Positions 35,514 to 46,235 of a DNA stretch of 64,000 bases are shown here, piece after piece. Within the stretch, counting starts at the first letter, position 1. Each line of letters begins with the position of its first letter. Where the stretch lies: the IMG/VR virus record IMGVR_UViG_3300034101_006325, positions 96,001-160,000 of that record; one strand, 5' to 3'. The notes below the pieces were generated by a model, which was given only the letters and a program-made list of their open reading frames with translations, searched no databases and was not told where the DNA came from. The translations under genes were made by a program, and so were the position numbers. Source of the DNA: a virus. Lineage: Duplodnaviria; Caudoviricetes.

Positions 35514-35924
35514 TTATAAAAGACCTAATTCTTTTAATTCTATTTCTGTCAATATTTTATAAATGGCGCCGTGTGTCACGCACCACTGCTCTGCAGCTGC
35601 AGTCTTCTTCTTGATTGCTGCCTGTTGTAATTTTCTGCGAGGCTTTACTTCTAAAACCTCAGAATGACCATCCAAATAAGAAACGAAAAAGTCTGGGTAG
35701 TATTTGCGAATCTTTTTTGTCCTAATGTTTGAGACATATTCAATGACAGTCTTTTCATAGCTCCAATGTGAAATATCAGGTTGATCATCAAGATATTTCA
35801 TGACAGCAAGTTCCCACCCGCTTCGATATTTGCAGATCTGACCAGTCTTGGAAGATGTATACTCACCTCGGTGGTAATGACCTTTTCTCTTAACTTTTCT
35901 ACGAATCTTTTTTTTTAAAGTCAT
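35514..35924 (-). CDS. Head completion nuclease, T4 gp4 / TnsA-N-like
   Basis: YRSGWEL..M.YLD; WSYE..VIEY; YYPDF; LEVKP; ATG 35924. Confidence 0.8.
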   Translation of the reverse strand: MTLKKKIRRKVKRKGHYHRGEYTSSKTGQICKYRSGWELAVMKYLDDQPDISHWSYEKTVIEYVSNIRTKKIRKYYPDFFVSYLDGHSEVLEVKPRRKLQQAAIKKKTAAAEQWCVTHGAIYKILTEIELKELGLL

Positions 35925-35931
35925 TAGAAGA

Positions 35932-38403
35932 TCACCAGTCAAATCCTACCTTAAAAAGAATTTTTTCGGGTTCTCTTTTTAACACTGGTTGTGCAAGATT
36001 GGCTTTTGCAACTACATTGAGGTTCTCATCGTGCATATTTATTTCTGTAATATAGACAAATAAATCAGTATCGAGCGGATCATTGGATGCACTTATAATT
36101 TCTTTGAGTGGTGCATAGGACCCATTGGAAGACGAATTTAATAGTCCTGAAGGCGCCAAAAGCGCATACTTGCTTGAATGAAGCTGATATTCTCCTCTAA
36201 AAGACATCTCATATTGATCTTTACCGAAAAAGTTTATGTGTGGACTTTTGAGAAATACGACGCCTTCATTGTAGAATATATTTCCAATAGACGATTTTTT
36301 GCTATGGGGTGTTAAAGAATCTGCTCTGTATAGATTGCCATTTCCGTCATCTTTTATTGTTATAGAAACAGCTCCTCCGGAGCCTGTCATATTGCTGTCT
36401 TTTAAGACAAATGATTTAGGCAAAATTCTACTGCCATAAAAAAGGTTGCTTATGTCGAAAAATGTAATCTGATTTGAAGATGGGTCTTTGGTTCTCTCGT
36501 AAATTGAAAGTGGAAATCCTTTGATGAAAGAAGGATCATATAGCTCTTCATTTATTTGTGAAATTTTATTTTTTATTGCTTCACCAGGAAGCAAACCTGG
36601 GTACTCTGGATTAAATCCTAGCAGTTCTTCATATACATCGGGAAGACTCTCATAATCGTTAAAATCGCCCAAAACTGAAGTGTCATTTAAAAGATAATCC
36701 AACCCAATTAAACTGGTGTTTAGTCTTCCGAATGAGTCTATTCCTTTATTTGTTACTTCATTTACTATAAGACCATAGTTTGGATTAAAGTTTCCATCAT
36801 CACAGGGCAGTATAGTTAAATTTCTTTTTCTAACAAAAGGATCATCATAAAGTATATCATTAGCTACTTGTGGCGAAGTAGTTGTTGTCTTTACTGACGC
36901 AGATAAATGATGTAGACGTGCATAGTTTTGATTGGCAAAATCTTTGACAAAGTTATCTAAGTTAATATAGTGTCCTCCCACGCCGAAAGACATTCCTACA
37001 TTAAATGGATCGTTGGTATAACCATCGACCTCATAGAAAGGTGTCAATAAGACGCCTCCATAAGATGTTGCTGGGCCTCCCAAAGGAGTAACAAATTTTC
37101 TGTATGGAGCTTTTTCAACAAAAAATGGAGGAAGATAAAAAGCAACATCAGTGGAAGTTGTTTCTTGAGATAAACCACGTCCTTTTAGATTGTTGATATC
37201 CAAATTGGTCTTATATGAACGATAAATTGCCAGATTATGAACCTCTGCTTTTAAAGGATGTCTCAAAAGATATGTGTCTGGCTCGTCTTGGGTCCCGCCG
37301 CTGTCTATTAGATTTGGCAATCCTTCTCTTTCTGATTCAATGTCGCTAAAAAAGTACGACATTCCGCTTGTTCCCTGATTGGTTCCTTCAAAATAATTTC
37401 CAACAAATAACACAGTTGGTTCATCACTGTTGTTAAAAATTTGTGGTGAAATTGTTCCAGAAGGCACAGTAAAGTAACCGCAATCTTTGCCATTTACATA
37501 AAATGAGCCAGTTCCATCATTTACTAAATTAGTTCCCCACCTGACTATTACATGATTCCAAGTGTTCCAGTCCAAAATATTGTCGTCAGAATGAAAAATT
37601 AAATCACTAGGATAGCTTCCTGGAATTGCTTCTGAAGGAGGAATGTCAGCGCTATGACTTAATTGTAACTGCAATTTAAAACTTGCAGGATAACCATTTT
37701 GATCTTTTGAAGAACCAGTGACAAGAGAAAGACAATAGCTTGATGATAAATGAAAAATTGTTCCTGCACGAAATTCGCCTGGGTCTAAATAATCCTCTTT
37801 ATACCTAGGATTAATATAACATTCAAATGTGAAAGGTCCTGATAATGAATAAGTTCCTCCCACAAAACCTGGGGGAGTTACCAAGTTATTATTTTCAATA
37901 TTTGCAAAAAGAAGTGCAGAAGTCGATGGAACATCGGGGGAAGTAAAAAAATTTAATGAATGATAATTTGTGTAGGCCCAGTTGGCTGTCTTGTAATTAA
38001 TTCGATAATGAGGAATTAGAATATCTTTTACATTCAACTTTCGCAATGTGTCCGCAGTAAGATCTGCCGTAGGAACAAATCTTCTTATGCCTATTGTCTT
38101 CTTTTTCTTTATGGACGTGTCTTGTGTGTTGACCTTTTCTAGATATTGTTCGACAATCTTTGAATAATCCTGAGCGTTATTCAGGACTGCTTGACTCATG
38201 TAATTTTCTAAATTTTCATCATTAAACACAGACTGCTGAAACATCGCAAGAGGACGTATCTCTTTCTCTATGTTAGAAGCACGAGGATATAGATTAATCG
38301 CTCCAGTTGTCTCTCCCAAAGAATTTGATTTAAAAAATCTTTCAGGATTAATAACAGTAGTAATTAATTCTACATCCTCAGCTCTTACGGGTATGATTGA
38401 CAT
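35932..38403 (-). CDS. Baseplate/tail structural protein with a LamG-like domain
   Basis: FTFECYINP, WNHVIVRW, FYVNG; C-terminal YITEINMHDENLNVVAKANLAQP. Confidence 0.6.
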   Translation of the reverse strand: MSIIPVRAEDVELITTVINPERFFKSNSLGETTGAINLYPRASNIEKEIRPLAMFQQSVFNDENLENYMSQAVLNNAQDYSKIVEQYLEKVNTQDTSIKKKKTIGIRRFVPTADLTADTLRKLNVKDILIPHYRINYKTANWAYTNYHSLNFFTSPDVPSTSALLFANIENNNLVTPPGFVGGTYSLSGPFTFECYINPRYKEDYLDPGEFRAGTIFHLSSSYCLSLVTGSSKDQNGYPASFKLQLQLSHSADIPPSEAIPGSYPSDLIFHSDDNILDWNTWNHVIVRWGTNLVNDGTGSFYVNGKDCGYFTVPSGTISPQIFNNSDEPTVLFVGNYFEGTNQGTSGMSYFFSDIESEREGLPNLIDSGGTQDEPDTYLLRHPLKAEVHNLAIYRSYKTNLDINNLKGRGLSQETTSTDVAFYLPPFFVEKAPYRKFVTPLGGPATSYGGVLLTPFYEVDGYTNDPFNVGMSFGVGGHYINLDNFVKDFANQNYARLHHLSASVKTTTTSPQVANDILYDDPFVRKRNLTILPCDDGNFNPNYGLIVNEVTNKGIDSFGRLNTSLIGLDYLLNDTSVLGDFNDYESLPDVYEELLGFNPEYPGLLPGEAIKNKISQINEELYDPSFIKGFPLSIYERTKDPSSNQITFFDISNLFYGSRILPKSFVLKDSNMTGSGGAVSITIKDDGNGNLYRADSLTPHSKKSSIGNIFYNEGVVFLKSPHINFFGKDQYEMSFRGEYQLHSSKYALLAPSGLLNSSSNGSYAPLKEIISASNDPLDTDLFVYITEINMHDENLNVVAKANLAQPVLKREPEKILFKVGFDW

Positions 38404-38417
38404 TTGAAATTAAATTA

Positions 38418-39659
38418 TTAGAAGTCAAGTCTAATTCTAAAAGTTACATCTCTTTCAGGGCTTTTTTCTACAGGTCTACTAAGTTTAGCAACTGCCAAAA
38501 GATTTTCAGTCGCATCGTAAAGACCTACGGAAGTGACATATGTAAAAGTTTCTTGCTTATCTTCTTCACCTGGATCAATTACGACTGTTCTACCTTGTGT
38601 GTCTACAAAGGTGGGGTTAGACGAATAGTTAAACTTATTAGCGGCAGCCCTACAAAAAACCAGTGTAGAATTAATGCTTGTTACATTTTGAAAAGTCACT
38701 GCTGTAAGAGAACCCGACTGAAATCTTGTAGCACAAAGGTGATCTACAATGTTGTCTATGCTTCCTGAAGTCATGAAGTCAGGAATAAATCTAGCCGTGC
38801 CAGTCAAGGCTGTATTGAATCCGCCTATGTCCATTTTTCCTAAAGCATTTACAGCGTCTATTGTTCCTGATACAAACTGAGTTCCTGAAAGTATTTGATT
38901 GAGATCAAATACTGCAACTCCTGCATCATAAAAAAGTAAGCCTACTTCTCTTGCAGTGTTTGAAGCATCTTTTATAATTCCATATTGACCACCAAAAGTT
39001 GTGAATTTAGCCTGTGATGATCCTAAGTCGGTAAAAATTGCAGATCCGGATATGGATGTTTCAATAAGGTTTGGTCTTTGAGAAATTGTTTCGTAGTCAC
39101 CAGCGGCTCCCATTGAAGCAGACTGGTAAAATCTCATGGCAAAAGTTTCTCTTTTTATTTGATCTCTTGCAAAAAGTCTCTTAAAGGCAATAAAAAGTGC
39201 GGCGTCGATCGTAGTTGTTGATCCTGCAGATTCTAGTGGAATTGTAAATAATTTTGTTTCACCCACCGAATCGTTTCCAAGCAGTATCTGAGAAAATTGT
39301 CTATAAATATCAGTTTTTTCTCTCATCATTAAACTACTGCTAGTGTAAAGATCTTTGCTTCCTGCTGTACCTGTTCTAACTGAATAAGCTATTGATGTAG
39401 TATTGGTCGAAAGAGGAGGCGACAGACCAACTGTCACATCAAAAATAGGATTGGCAGTCTGCAAAGTAAAATCTTGATCATAAACTGTCTGATAAAGAGA
39501 AGAAGTGACACCAGGACCTATGCCTCCAGTTACAAAATGCTGATATTTTCTTCTTGATGTAGATCCACTTATGTCTTCCTGAAGTACGTCTATTAACTGG
39601 TTAAGAAAGGATCTTGCAGATTTTATATCATTGTTGTTGTCTAAATCCTGATAAATCAT
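38418..39659 (-). CDS. Baseplate/tail structural protein
   Basis: C-terminal YVTSVGLYDATENLLAVAKLSRP, paralogous to the end of 35932..38403. Confidence 0.6.
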   Translation of the reverse strand: MIYQDLDNNNDIKSARSFLNQLIDVLQEDISGSTSRRKYQHFVTGGIGPGVTSSLYQTVYDQDFTLQTANPIFDVTVGLSPPLSTNTTSIAYSVRTGTAGSKDLYTSSSLMMREKTDIYRQFSQILLGNDSVGETKLFTIPLESAGSTTTIDAALFIAFKRLFARDQIKRETFAMRFYQSASMGAAGDYETISQRPNLIETSISGSAIFTDLGSSQAKFTTFGGQYGIIKDASNTAREVGLLFYDAGVAVFDLNQILSGTQFVSGTIDAVNALGKMDIGGFNTALTGTARFIPDFMTSGSIDNIVDHLCATRFQSGSLTAVTFQNVTSINSTLVFCRAAANKFNYSSNPTFVDTQGRTVVIDPGEEDKQETFTYVTSVGLYDATENLLAVAKLSRPVEKSPERDVTFRIRLDF

Positions 39660-39672
39660 TTTTCCTCTTTGC

Positions 39673-40383
39673 TCAAGGTGTTGTTAATTTGTAAATGTCG
39701 ATGGGAAGGTCTAAAGATATTCCTGTTTGTCTTCCAGTAATTCTCACAGATGTATCAATAATTCTTTGACTGCCAGTGGTCGCACGACCATAGACATCAA
39801 ACATGGTGTCAGTAATTGTTTTTCTAGAAATTGTAAAATTTAGAGTAGGAATATTGTTGTTTATGACAGCAGTTGCTTGATACATTTTTATTCTACTAAT
39901 GTCTGCAGCTCCTGAAGCTGTAGGCCCACCAGACAAATTTAAAAATAAATCAGGGACAAATATTTCAAATTCTGTTTCTTGAGTTCCTACGGGTATAGGC
40001 TCTCCACCTTGACCAATTTGAGTAACCGTAATAAACTGAGAATTTCCTGGTGTTAAGGTGACTTGTGTAATGTTGCTAGTTAGCTTCGGCAAATAGATTA
40101 TAGGATTTTGTTCTGCACTAAAAAGTCTATATTTTTGAGATAAATTTTGATTTGTAAAGGCTTCGAATACAGGCGTGTTCTTTTCTATTTTTTCTCTTCC
40201 TATTGTTCTACCGTATTTCTTTATCAAATTATAGTTTACTTCATCGTCTCCGAGCGCAAAAGAAAAAATAGAAAAACCATTGGCACTATTACTTCCATTC
40301 GCAGCAGCTAATTTTTGTCTACCGTAGTCTGTCAATACCGCATCTAAAATTATATTATTGGTTGAATTATCTAACCATCCCAT
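39673..40383 (-). CDS. Baseplate/tail structural protein
   Basis: N-terminal LDAVLTDYGRQKLA...FALGDDEVNY; SD GAGG. Confidence 0.6.
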   Translation of the reverse strand: MGWLDNSTNNIILDAVLTDYGRQKLAAANGSNSANGFSIFSFALGDDEVNYNLIKKYGRTIGREKIEKNTPVFEAFTNQNLSQKYRLFSAEQNPIIYLPKLTSNITQVTLTPGNSQFITVTQIGQGGEPIPVGTQETEFEIFVPDLFLNLSGGPTASGAADISRIKMYQATAVINNNIPTLNFTISRKTITDTMFDVYGRATTGSQRIIDTSVRITGRQTGISLDLPIDIYKLTTP

Positions 40384-40439
40384 TTTTTCCTCGCTATATA
40401 GTCTAATATAAACTTAAAAAGTAAAAACGCTATAAAATA

Positions 40440-42341
40440 TTACGATTCATTTAAAATTAACAAACTATTGTCATTAGCCAAATTTTTCTCATCTTCTATG
40501 TTAATCTTCAATGAAGCTGTTTTTTGGTTTTGGGTATTAATGAATTGAATTTTATAGTGAGATTTACTCTGATTTGTTCCGACTAAATTCATTATTTTTT
40601 TATTTCTATCTATTAATTTGTAATAATCAGGACTAAAATAAATTTTTAGTTGTTTTGATGCTTTACCTGGATTAATTGTGTCTTTATAAAGATCGACTGA
40701 TAACTTTAAATTGGGGTACGGTCTAGGGGCACCAGCTCTACTAATCAATTTTTTGGTTAATTTATTTTTAAAAAAATCAAAAGATACTTCAAATTGTGCA
40801 CTGTAGTTAGAAATTACTCCATGCGTATCAATTACAGCAATAGTATAAATGTATTTTGAAACAGTCAGTGTATCTATGTCAAGCTTAAAATCATCGTCAT
40901 AGGCGAATGTATGGGGATAGTCATCTAAAGAAACATAATTGGCATATTGATTTGAATTTGCCACATTGCCATCAATAACTTCTCCTGTAGGATATTTGAC
41001 AATTGACTTGTCAAAATGTCTTTGATAAATTAATTCAAAAGGTTCATAAATATTTCTTCGTCTGAATACCTGAAATTGCCCTACATCTCTTTGAGCGCTA
41101 ACAGGATAATTCCAAGTAATCTTCAGCCTTTTCTTTCTATAGTCCCAACTAAAATCAATTTGCGATGGAGGTTCTGGTGGCAAAGTATCTTTTTCTGAAA
41201 TTACTTTTACTGCTACGGGATTTGAGGCGATTAAATAACCAACGTACCGTAATTCATTAAAATCTTTTAAATATGCAGGTATCACAATTTGACAAATTGT
41301 TCTTATAACATAATGATAAATTGCGTTGTATTTAACGTTCACGTCGACAATTGAACCAATCTCGAAATTTTCTAGTGGAATTGTTTCAATTTTTATTAAA
41401 TCTTGTCCTATCTGCTCATATTTGTCAATCGTATATCCCACCAATTTTTTTGTTGAAATGAGATTGTTAGAATCAATAGGAATATCAAAAATCTGAAAAG
41501 GCTGAATAAATTCTTCTAACTCTGATAGAGGAATTTTATGATTGTTGTAATATTTTTTAAATGCCTCCAGCGTACTTTGAGGAAGTTTAGTTTTTGCAAA
41601 TAGATCTGGAAGGGCTATTGCATTTAATTGTGTGTATAAGCTTTCTGAGTTTGCAAGAAGCTGATCAAAACCTGTTGTATCTTTTAATATTTTTCCTGTT
41701 TGGTCTGCGAATCTATATCCAAAAGTTTTATTTGGACGATCTCCTAATTTTTCAAGCGTCTCAATGGCTTTAGAAATTTTACTCTTTATTTCTTCTTTTT
41801 TTGACTCTGTTCCACCTGCCAATTTGTAAAAATCTAAATATTTTTTTACATAATTGTCGATTATTCCTGTTTGACTCAAATTATTATTAGAATATAGATC
41901 TATATTACCGTCATTGTTGATATCAGCAGAAGCATCTTCTAAAGAATCAGTTGCAGAAAAAATGTAAGAAATATACTTTGATCCAATAAAATTTCCTTCA
42001 TTTACAATCTTTCTTAAATTTTCCTCAATTAATTTTGGAGAAATTCTAAGCTGACTAAACTGGTTATCAAATTCATTTAAATTAAAATCGGGAATTTCCC
42101 AATTGAGTTTTATAAATCTAGGTACTCTAAGCGTAAAAGAAATATTTTCAGAATCTAATTCATCGACTTTTTTATCTCTATAAAAAGAAGGAATGATCGG
42201 TTTGTCACTTACAGATTCGTCTTCAGTGTAATAATTGTATGCAAAATTTCCAGTAAAATTTTTTACCTGTGGAATTTTAATCGAAGATATTGGATCTGAA
42301 GGATCGGAAGAAATACTGTTGGCATTGAAGTTTATTGTCAT
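40440..42341 (-). CDS. Large putative virion protein with an Fn3-like domain
   Basis: 633 aa; PPEPPSQIDF...LKITWNYP...FQVFRR. Confidence 0.55.
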   Translation of the reverse strand: MTINFNANSISSDPSDPISSIKIPQVKNFTGNFAYNYYTEDESVSDKPIIPSFYRDKKVDELDSENISFTLRVPRFIKLNWEIPDFNLNEFDNQFSQLRISPKLIEENLRKIVNEGNFIGSKYISYIFSATDSLEDASADINNDGNIDLYSNNNLSQTGIIDNYVKKYLDFYKLAGGTESKKEEIKSKISKAIETLEKLGDRPNKTFGYRFADQTGKILKDTTGFDQLLANSESLYTQLNAIALPDLFAKTKLPQSTLEAFKKYYNNHKIPLSELEEFIQPFQIFDIPIDSNNLISTKKLVGYTIDKYEQIGQDLIKIETIPLENFEIGSIVDVNVKYNAIYHYVIRTICQIVIPAYLKDFNELRYVGYLIASNPVAVKVISEKDTLPPEPPSQIDFSWDYRKKRLKITWNYPVSAQRDVGQFQVFRRRNIYEPFELIYQRHFDKSIVKYPTGEVIDGNVANSNQYANYVSLDDYPHTFAYDDDFKLDIDTLTVSKYIYTIAVIDTHGVISNYSAQFEVSFDFFKNKLTKKLISRAGAPRPYPNLKLSVDLYKDTINPGKASKQLKIYFSPDYYKLIDRNKKIMNLVGTNQSKSHYKIQFINTQNQKTASLKINIEDEKNLANDNSLLILNES

Positions 42342-42347
42342 AAATTT

Positions 42348-45300
42348 TCAGTATCCTTCAATTGTTACAAAATATTGGTCATAAGTAACTGCTGATACAT
42401 TATTTTGCCTTCTTTTATAAACAACATTTCCATTTGTGTCTAACCTATCAACAAGCTGATTATTGATGGCAAATCTGAGTGTTTCTGAGTCTGTTTGAAT
42501 TTCATCAACAAAAAAATCATCTGGATCAAATAATATATGGAATACTCTATCAAACTTTCTTATCTTTAACGTATTGTTGACTAATTCGCTAGGATTAATA
42601 GTTAAAAATGTGCTATTTGCTATTAATTTTTTGGTAGAGACGTTATTTGTATTCGTTGTTGGCGGATTAAAGAGTTGAGTCAATGTGGGTGGAGTTTGTA
42701 CAAATGAAGGACTTGATGTTGCTGTAGGAATTGAAGAAAAATTATCATAGATATTTTCATTAAAATCTACATCTGACAAGTATTTCAGATATTCTTCTGC
42801 AATAAAACTATCAATGTGATTATTATTAATTTGATCAATAACGTCGCTCGATAAAAATGAATAATCTTGCAAAATATTTTGTTGATATTCAGGTTCTAAT
42901 GTTCCATTTTTGAAAAGCCTAAGACCAACTTTTCCGTTTGAATAATCGACTTGATAAAATGGGAAAGCTTGACGATTTAAATACGGAGGATTGTCTGACA
43001 TAAGCACATCTTTTATGTTATGTGGAATTGTATCGTAATTTTTAAGAATTTTTGTAGGGAATCTGTCCATATCAAAAACATAAGAAATAGGCTTGTGTAT
43101 TAATGTGCTTAGAAAGTTATCTATTCTAAACAAATTTATTCTTATTATTGACGATAATTTCTTTGAATTATTCGGATTATATTGTGAGACGTTTGCAGAT
43201 AGATACCTCACCAAATTTTGAGGAATTCCAACCGACATTATCTTTTTGTTAAAAGAAACCTGTTCTGACCATTGTAGACCAGAATTAAACCATCTTTTTA
43301 CAAATAACTTCCAAGATACTAAAGAAGTGTCTTCTACTGGTAGATACCCTTCGAAAGTATTAGATTCTTTAAAGGAAGAAAAATAAAAAGTATCTTTTAA
43401 AACTGATCTATCTGATCCTAAAGATGCATTTATGGCAGATTTAGAACGTTCATGCAGGTCTAAAAGCTTATTTTGTGTTAAAAGCAACTGCTCTTTTGTT
43501 ATAAGATTTCTTTGGACCTGTGGGCCGCCTTCGCTTATTTTTGTTTCAAGGACAGCACCCATTAGATGAAAAATACTATTTTGCGTATTTGAAAGTATTT
43601 GTTTGAATTCATCAATTTGCTTTTTTAAACCTGCAACGTAGATAGCAAATCTATTAATATATTTTCTGTATAAATTGGCATAATTGTAAATTTTATTTTC
43701 ACTGTTGACCATTACAGAATCAATTTTTAATCCACGAATTCCAGAAATTTGTTGATATTCTGATGGGGTAATAGTCTGAAGATCTTCGCTAGGAATAAAT
43801 CCAAATTTTAATAAATCTTTGAAATTTGATTCTGTATTGGTTAATTTTCCTAATGAATTAAACTTACCAATTGATGCATCATAAATTTTACTTACAACAA
43901 TATAACCGTCAAATGAAACGATATCATATATTGCTTCAACATCTTGACCCACAACGTTTTTATAATCTACTATGTCTTTGTCAATAAATGATTTAACGTA
44001 TGCTATTATTCTTTCTGGATTTGCTGCATGAACAATTAAACAACAAAGTTCAAATAAACCCGCCATAAAAGCTGTTCTTTGAATTCCTGAATATTGTGTA
44101 ATATAATCGTCTGAAGTTGTTTCTGGTTCATTTTTAAAAGGCGAATTGTACTTAGTAGTAATAATTCTTTCTGACTTCTTTTTAAATTTAGTAACTGAAA
44201 GTATACTCAGCATCATTCTTGCTATGTTGTCAAGTATTGGTAAATTCCCTCCGCTAGACTTTAAATAATCTCTAATATCTTTTAATGTATGAAGTTTATT
44301 TGTGTCTAAATCGTCGGATTTAAGATCTGCTCTTTTTGATAAATTTTTATCTACTTCTTCTTTTTTTAATTGTGCTATTGTAGTAGAAAGTCTACTATAA
44401 ATTTTCTCTGCAATTAATTCCTGAAATGTAAAAAAAGTCGTCTGATTGTTTAAGGTTATTGAATTAACAACAGACTCTGAAAATTTGGATCCGTTGATTC
44501 TTAAAGCAACATACAAAAAAAGCAGACTTCTAAGCTTTGGATCGCTCATTGATTTTGATATTAAAACTGCGCTGAAGTCTTTAAAGGCACCTACAGGCTG
44601 AGAAGTAATATAGCCTTCTTCATAATTTTCATTTCTTTTAAGAAGGTGAGACGGAGATAAAACTTCATTTTCAATTTTTCTTATCAAAACAATTGGTCTT
44701 GAAAAAGAATTAAAAGGATCATTATCATAACCAGAATTTTGTCCATTCTTAAATTTACTTAAATTTAAAACTTTTTCGCCAAGTGATCTATAGGGTCTTG
44801 GGTATTGATCAAATGACATTTTCCCTGCAATCATTGACAACATTTTATAATTATTTCCCAGCCTTGACTGTAGTTTGCTGATCCTAGATGTGTCAAAACT
44901 AAAATTCGAATATCTTAATGAACTTTCAATGTAATAATAAAAACCGGGTGAAAGTATTGCAAGTCTATCGGATGAACTGTTATCGCTAAAAATGTCGTCT
45001 CTTAAAAATTTATCTTCAAATGTTAGAACTTCAGTATTGTCATCCTCGACAACTTGGGACAAACTAATTAAAGAATTTTTATTACCGAGCGGGGTTGAAT
45101 CAATGTCTGTTATATCCTTTCCTGGCTGACCAATGAGATAATCCCATATATCTGAAAAATTTTCTTTATTACTTGGATAACCAAAATTATCAAGAATTCC
45201 TTGATCCATATTGTTTGAGAATGACAACTCTTGACAGAGTAAATTTGATAATTTTGCTATAGAAGTTTCAATATCTTCTTCGGATGAAAAAACGGGCTCA

Positions 45301-46217
45301 TTAAACATGGACCCATTCACAAAAAGATTGTTGGCTTGTGTCAAAAGCAAGTCCATATTATTTTCATCAATAACAAAATCATCACTAAAAATTGGTAGAA
45401 TTTGTTTTTGAACAGAATTGAAATTAAATCTTTTTGTATTGCTGAGAAGAGAAGGTGTAATCAAATAAGGATCTTTGTAGTTATTTAAAAAATCAGGATT
45501 GTTAGGTATAAAAACATCGGATGCTTCAGACTGAAAAGAATAAGGCAAACCACCTTTTAATACTTCTTTTAGTTCTAAGCACATCTGTATCCATGTTTTT
45601 GTAGGAGTCCAGTTCAAAATATTTTCTTCACTTGTAAAAAGAACTTCAGCGACTGACATAGGATAGCCAAAGCTATCAGGATTTCCTATTCTAAATTTTT
45701 CAATGACAGATCCGTCAAGTCGATATGTCGGATTAAATCTTCGTCTAATTTTTTCTAGTTGAGTTAAAAAATCTGTTATGTAATCAGAAAATTGTAGTGA
45801 ACCTGTCTTAATAAAGTTTAAATTAGTAGTAACAAATTGATTTGTGCCGCCTGTTTGTCCTAAAGAAGGAACATTAATAGCTTCTAAATATTTGCTAAAA
45901 TTTATGAGCAATGAGTCTTGCTTTGCTTCTAGAATTTCGTAAAATGGACCTTTTAAATTGTTGTTGTCAAATTCAAGAGGTACAAAATTTGCTAGAGAGA
46001 TTATTTCAGGTTTTTTATTTTGAATACCAGTATTGACATAAAAAGGATCTGTTGAATTTTTTACTTTTTCTTCAAAAAAATTCTGCGAGTAATTTTGATT
46101 ACTATCATCGACTGGAAAATTAAAGTCTTTATTTGTTAAAAATGATCCTAACCCTGATTTTGAATTGGCATTTTTATTGCCTGCATGAACATTTCCTATT
46201 TTAGTACTTTTACCCAT
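42348..46217 (-). CDS. Very large AT-rich hypothetical protein, probably virion
   Basis: 1289-aa uninterrupted ORF within the structural operon. Confidence 0.6.
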   Translation of the reverse strand: MGKSTKIGNVHAGNKNANSKSGLGSFLTNKDFNFPVDDSNQNYSQNFFEEKVKNSTDPFYVNTGIQNKKPEIISLANFVPLEFDNNNLKGPFYEILEAKQDSLLINFSKYLEAINVPSLGQTGGTNQFVTTNLNFIKTGSLQFSDYITDFLTQLEKIRRRFNPTYRLDGSVIEKFRIGNPDSFGYPMSVAEVLFTSEENILNWTPTKTWIQMCLELKEVLKGGLPYSFQSEASDVFIPNNPDFLNNYKDPYLITPSLLSNTKRFNFNSVQKQILPIFSDDFVIDENNMDLLLTQANNLFVNGSMFNEPVFSSEEDIETSIAKLSNLLCQELSFSNNMDQGILDNFGYPSNKENFSDIWDYLIGQPGKDITDIDSTPLGNKNSLISLSQVVEDDNTEVLTFEDKFLRDDIFSDNSSSDRLAILSPGFYYYIESSLRYSNFSFDTSRISKLQSRLGNNYKMLSMIAGKMSFDQYPRPYRSLGEKVLNLSKFKNGQNSGYDNDPFNSFSRPIVLIRKIENEVLSPSHLLKRNENYEEGYITSQPVGAFKDFSAVLISKSMSDPKLRSLLFLYVALRINGSKFSESVVNSITLNNQTTFFTFQELIAEKIYSRLSTTIAQLKKEEVDKNLSKRADLKSDDLDTNKLHTLKDIRDYLKSSGGNLPILDNIARMMLSILSVTKFKKKSERIITTKYNSPFKNEPETTSDDYITQYSGIQRTAFMAGLFELCCLIVHAANPERIIAYVKSFIDKDIVDYKNVVGQDVEAIYDIVSFDGYIVVSKIYDASIGKFNSLGKLTNTESNFKDLLKFGFIPSEDLQTITPSEYQQISGIRGLKIDSVMVNSENKIYNYANLYRKYINRFAIYVAGLKKQIDEFKQILSNTQNSIFHLMGAVLETKISEGGPQVQRNLITKEQLLLTQNKLLDLHERSKSAINASLGSDRSVLKDTFYFSSFKESNTFEGYLPVEDTSLVSWKLFVKRWFNSGLQWSEQVSFNKKIMSVGIPQNLVRYLSANVSQYNPNNSKKLSSIIRINLFRIDNFLSTLIHKPISYVFDMDRFPTKILKNYDTIPHNIKDVLMSDNPPYLNRQAFPFYQVDYSNGKVGLRLFKNGTLEPEYQQNILQDYSFLSSDVIDQINNNHIDSFIAEEYLKYLSDVDFNENIYDNFSSIPTATSSPSFVQTPPTLTQLFNPPTTNTNNVSTKKLIANSTFLTINPSELVNNTLKIRKFDRVFHILFDPDDFFVDEIQTDSETLRFAINNQLVDRLDTNGNVVYKRRQNNVSAVTYDQYFVTIEGY

Positions 46218-46235
46218 AATTCACTTCCGTCCGTC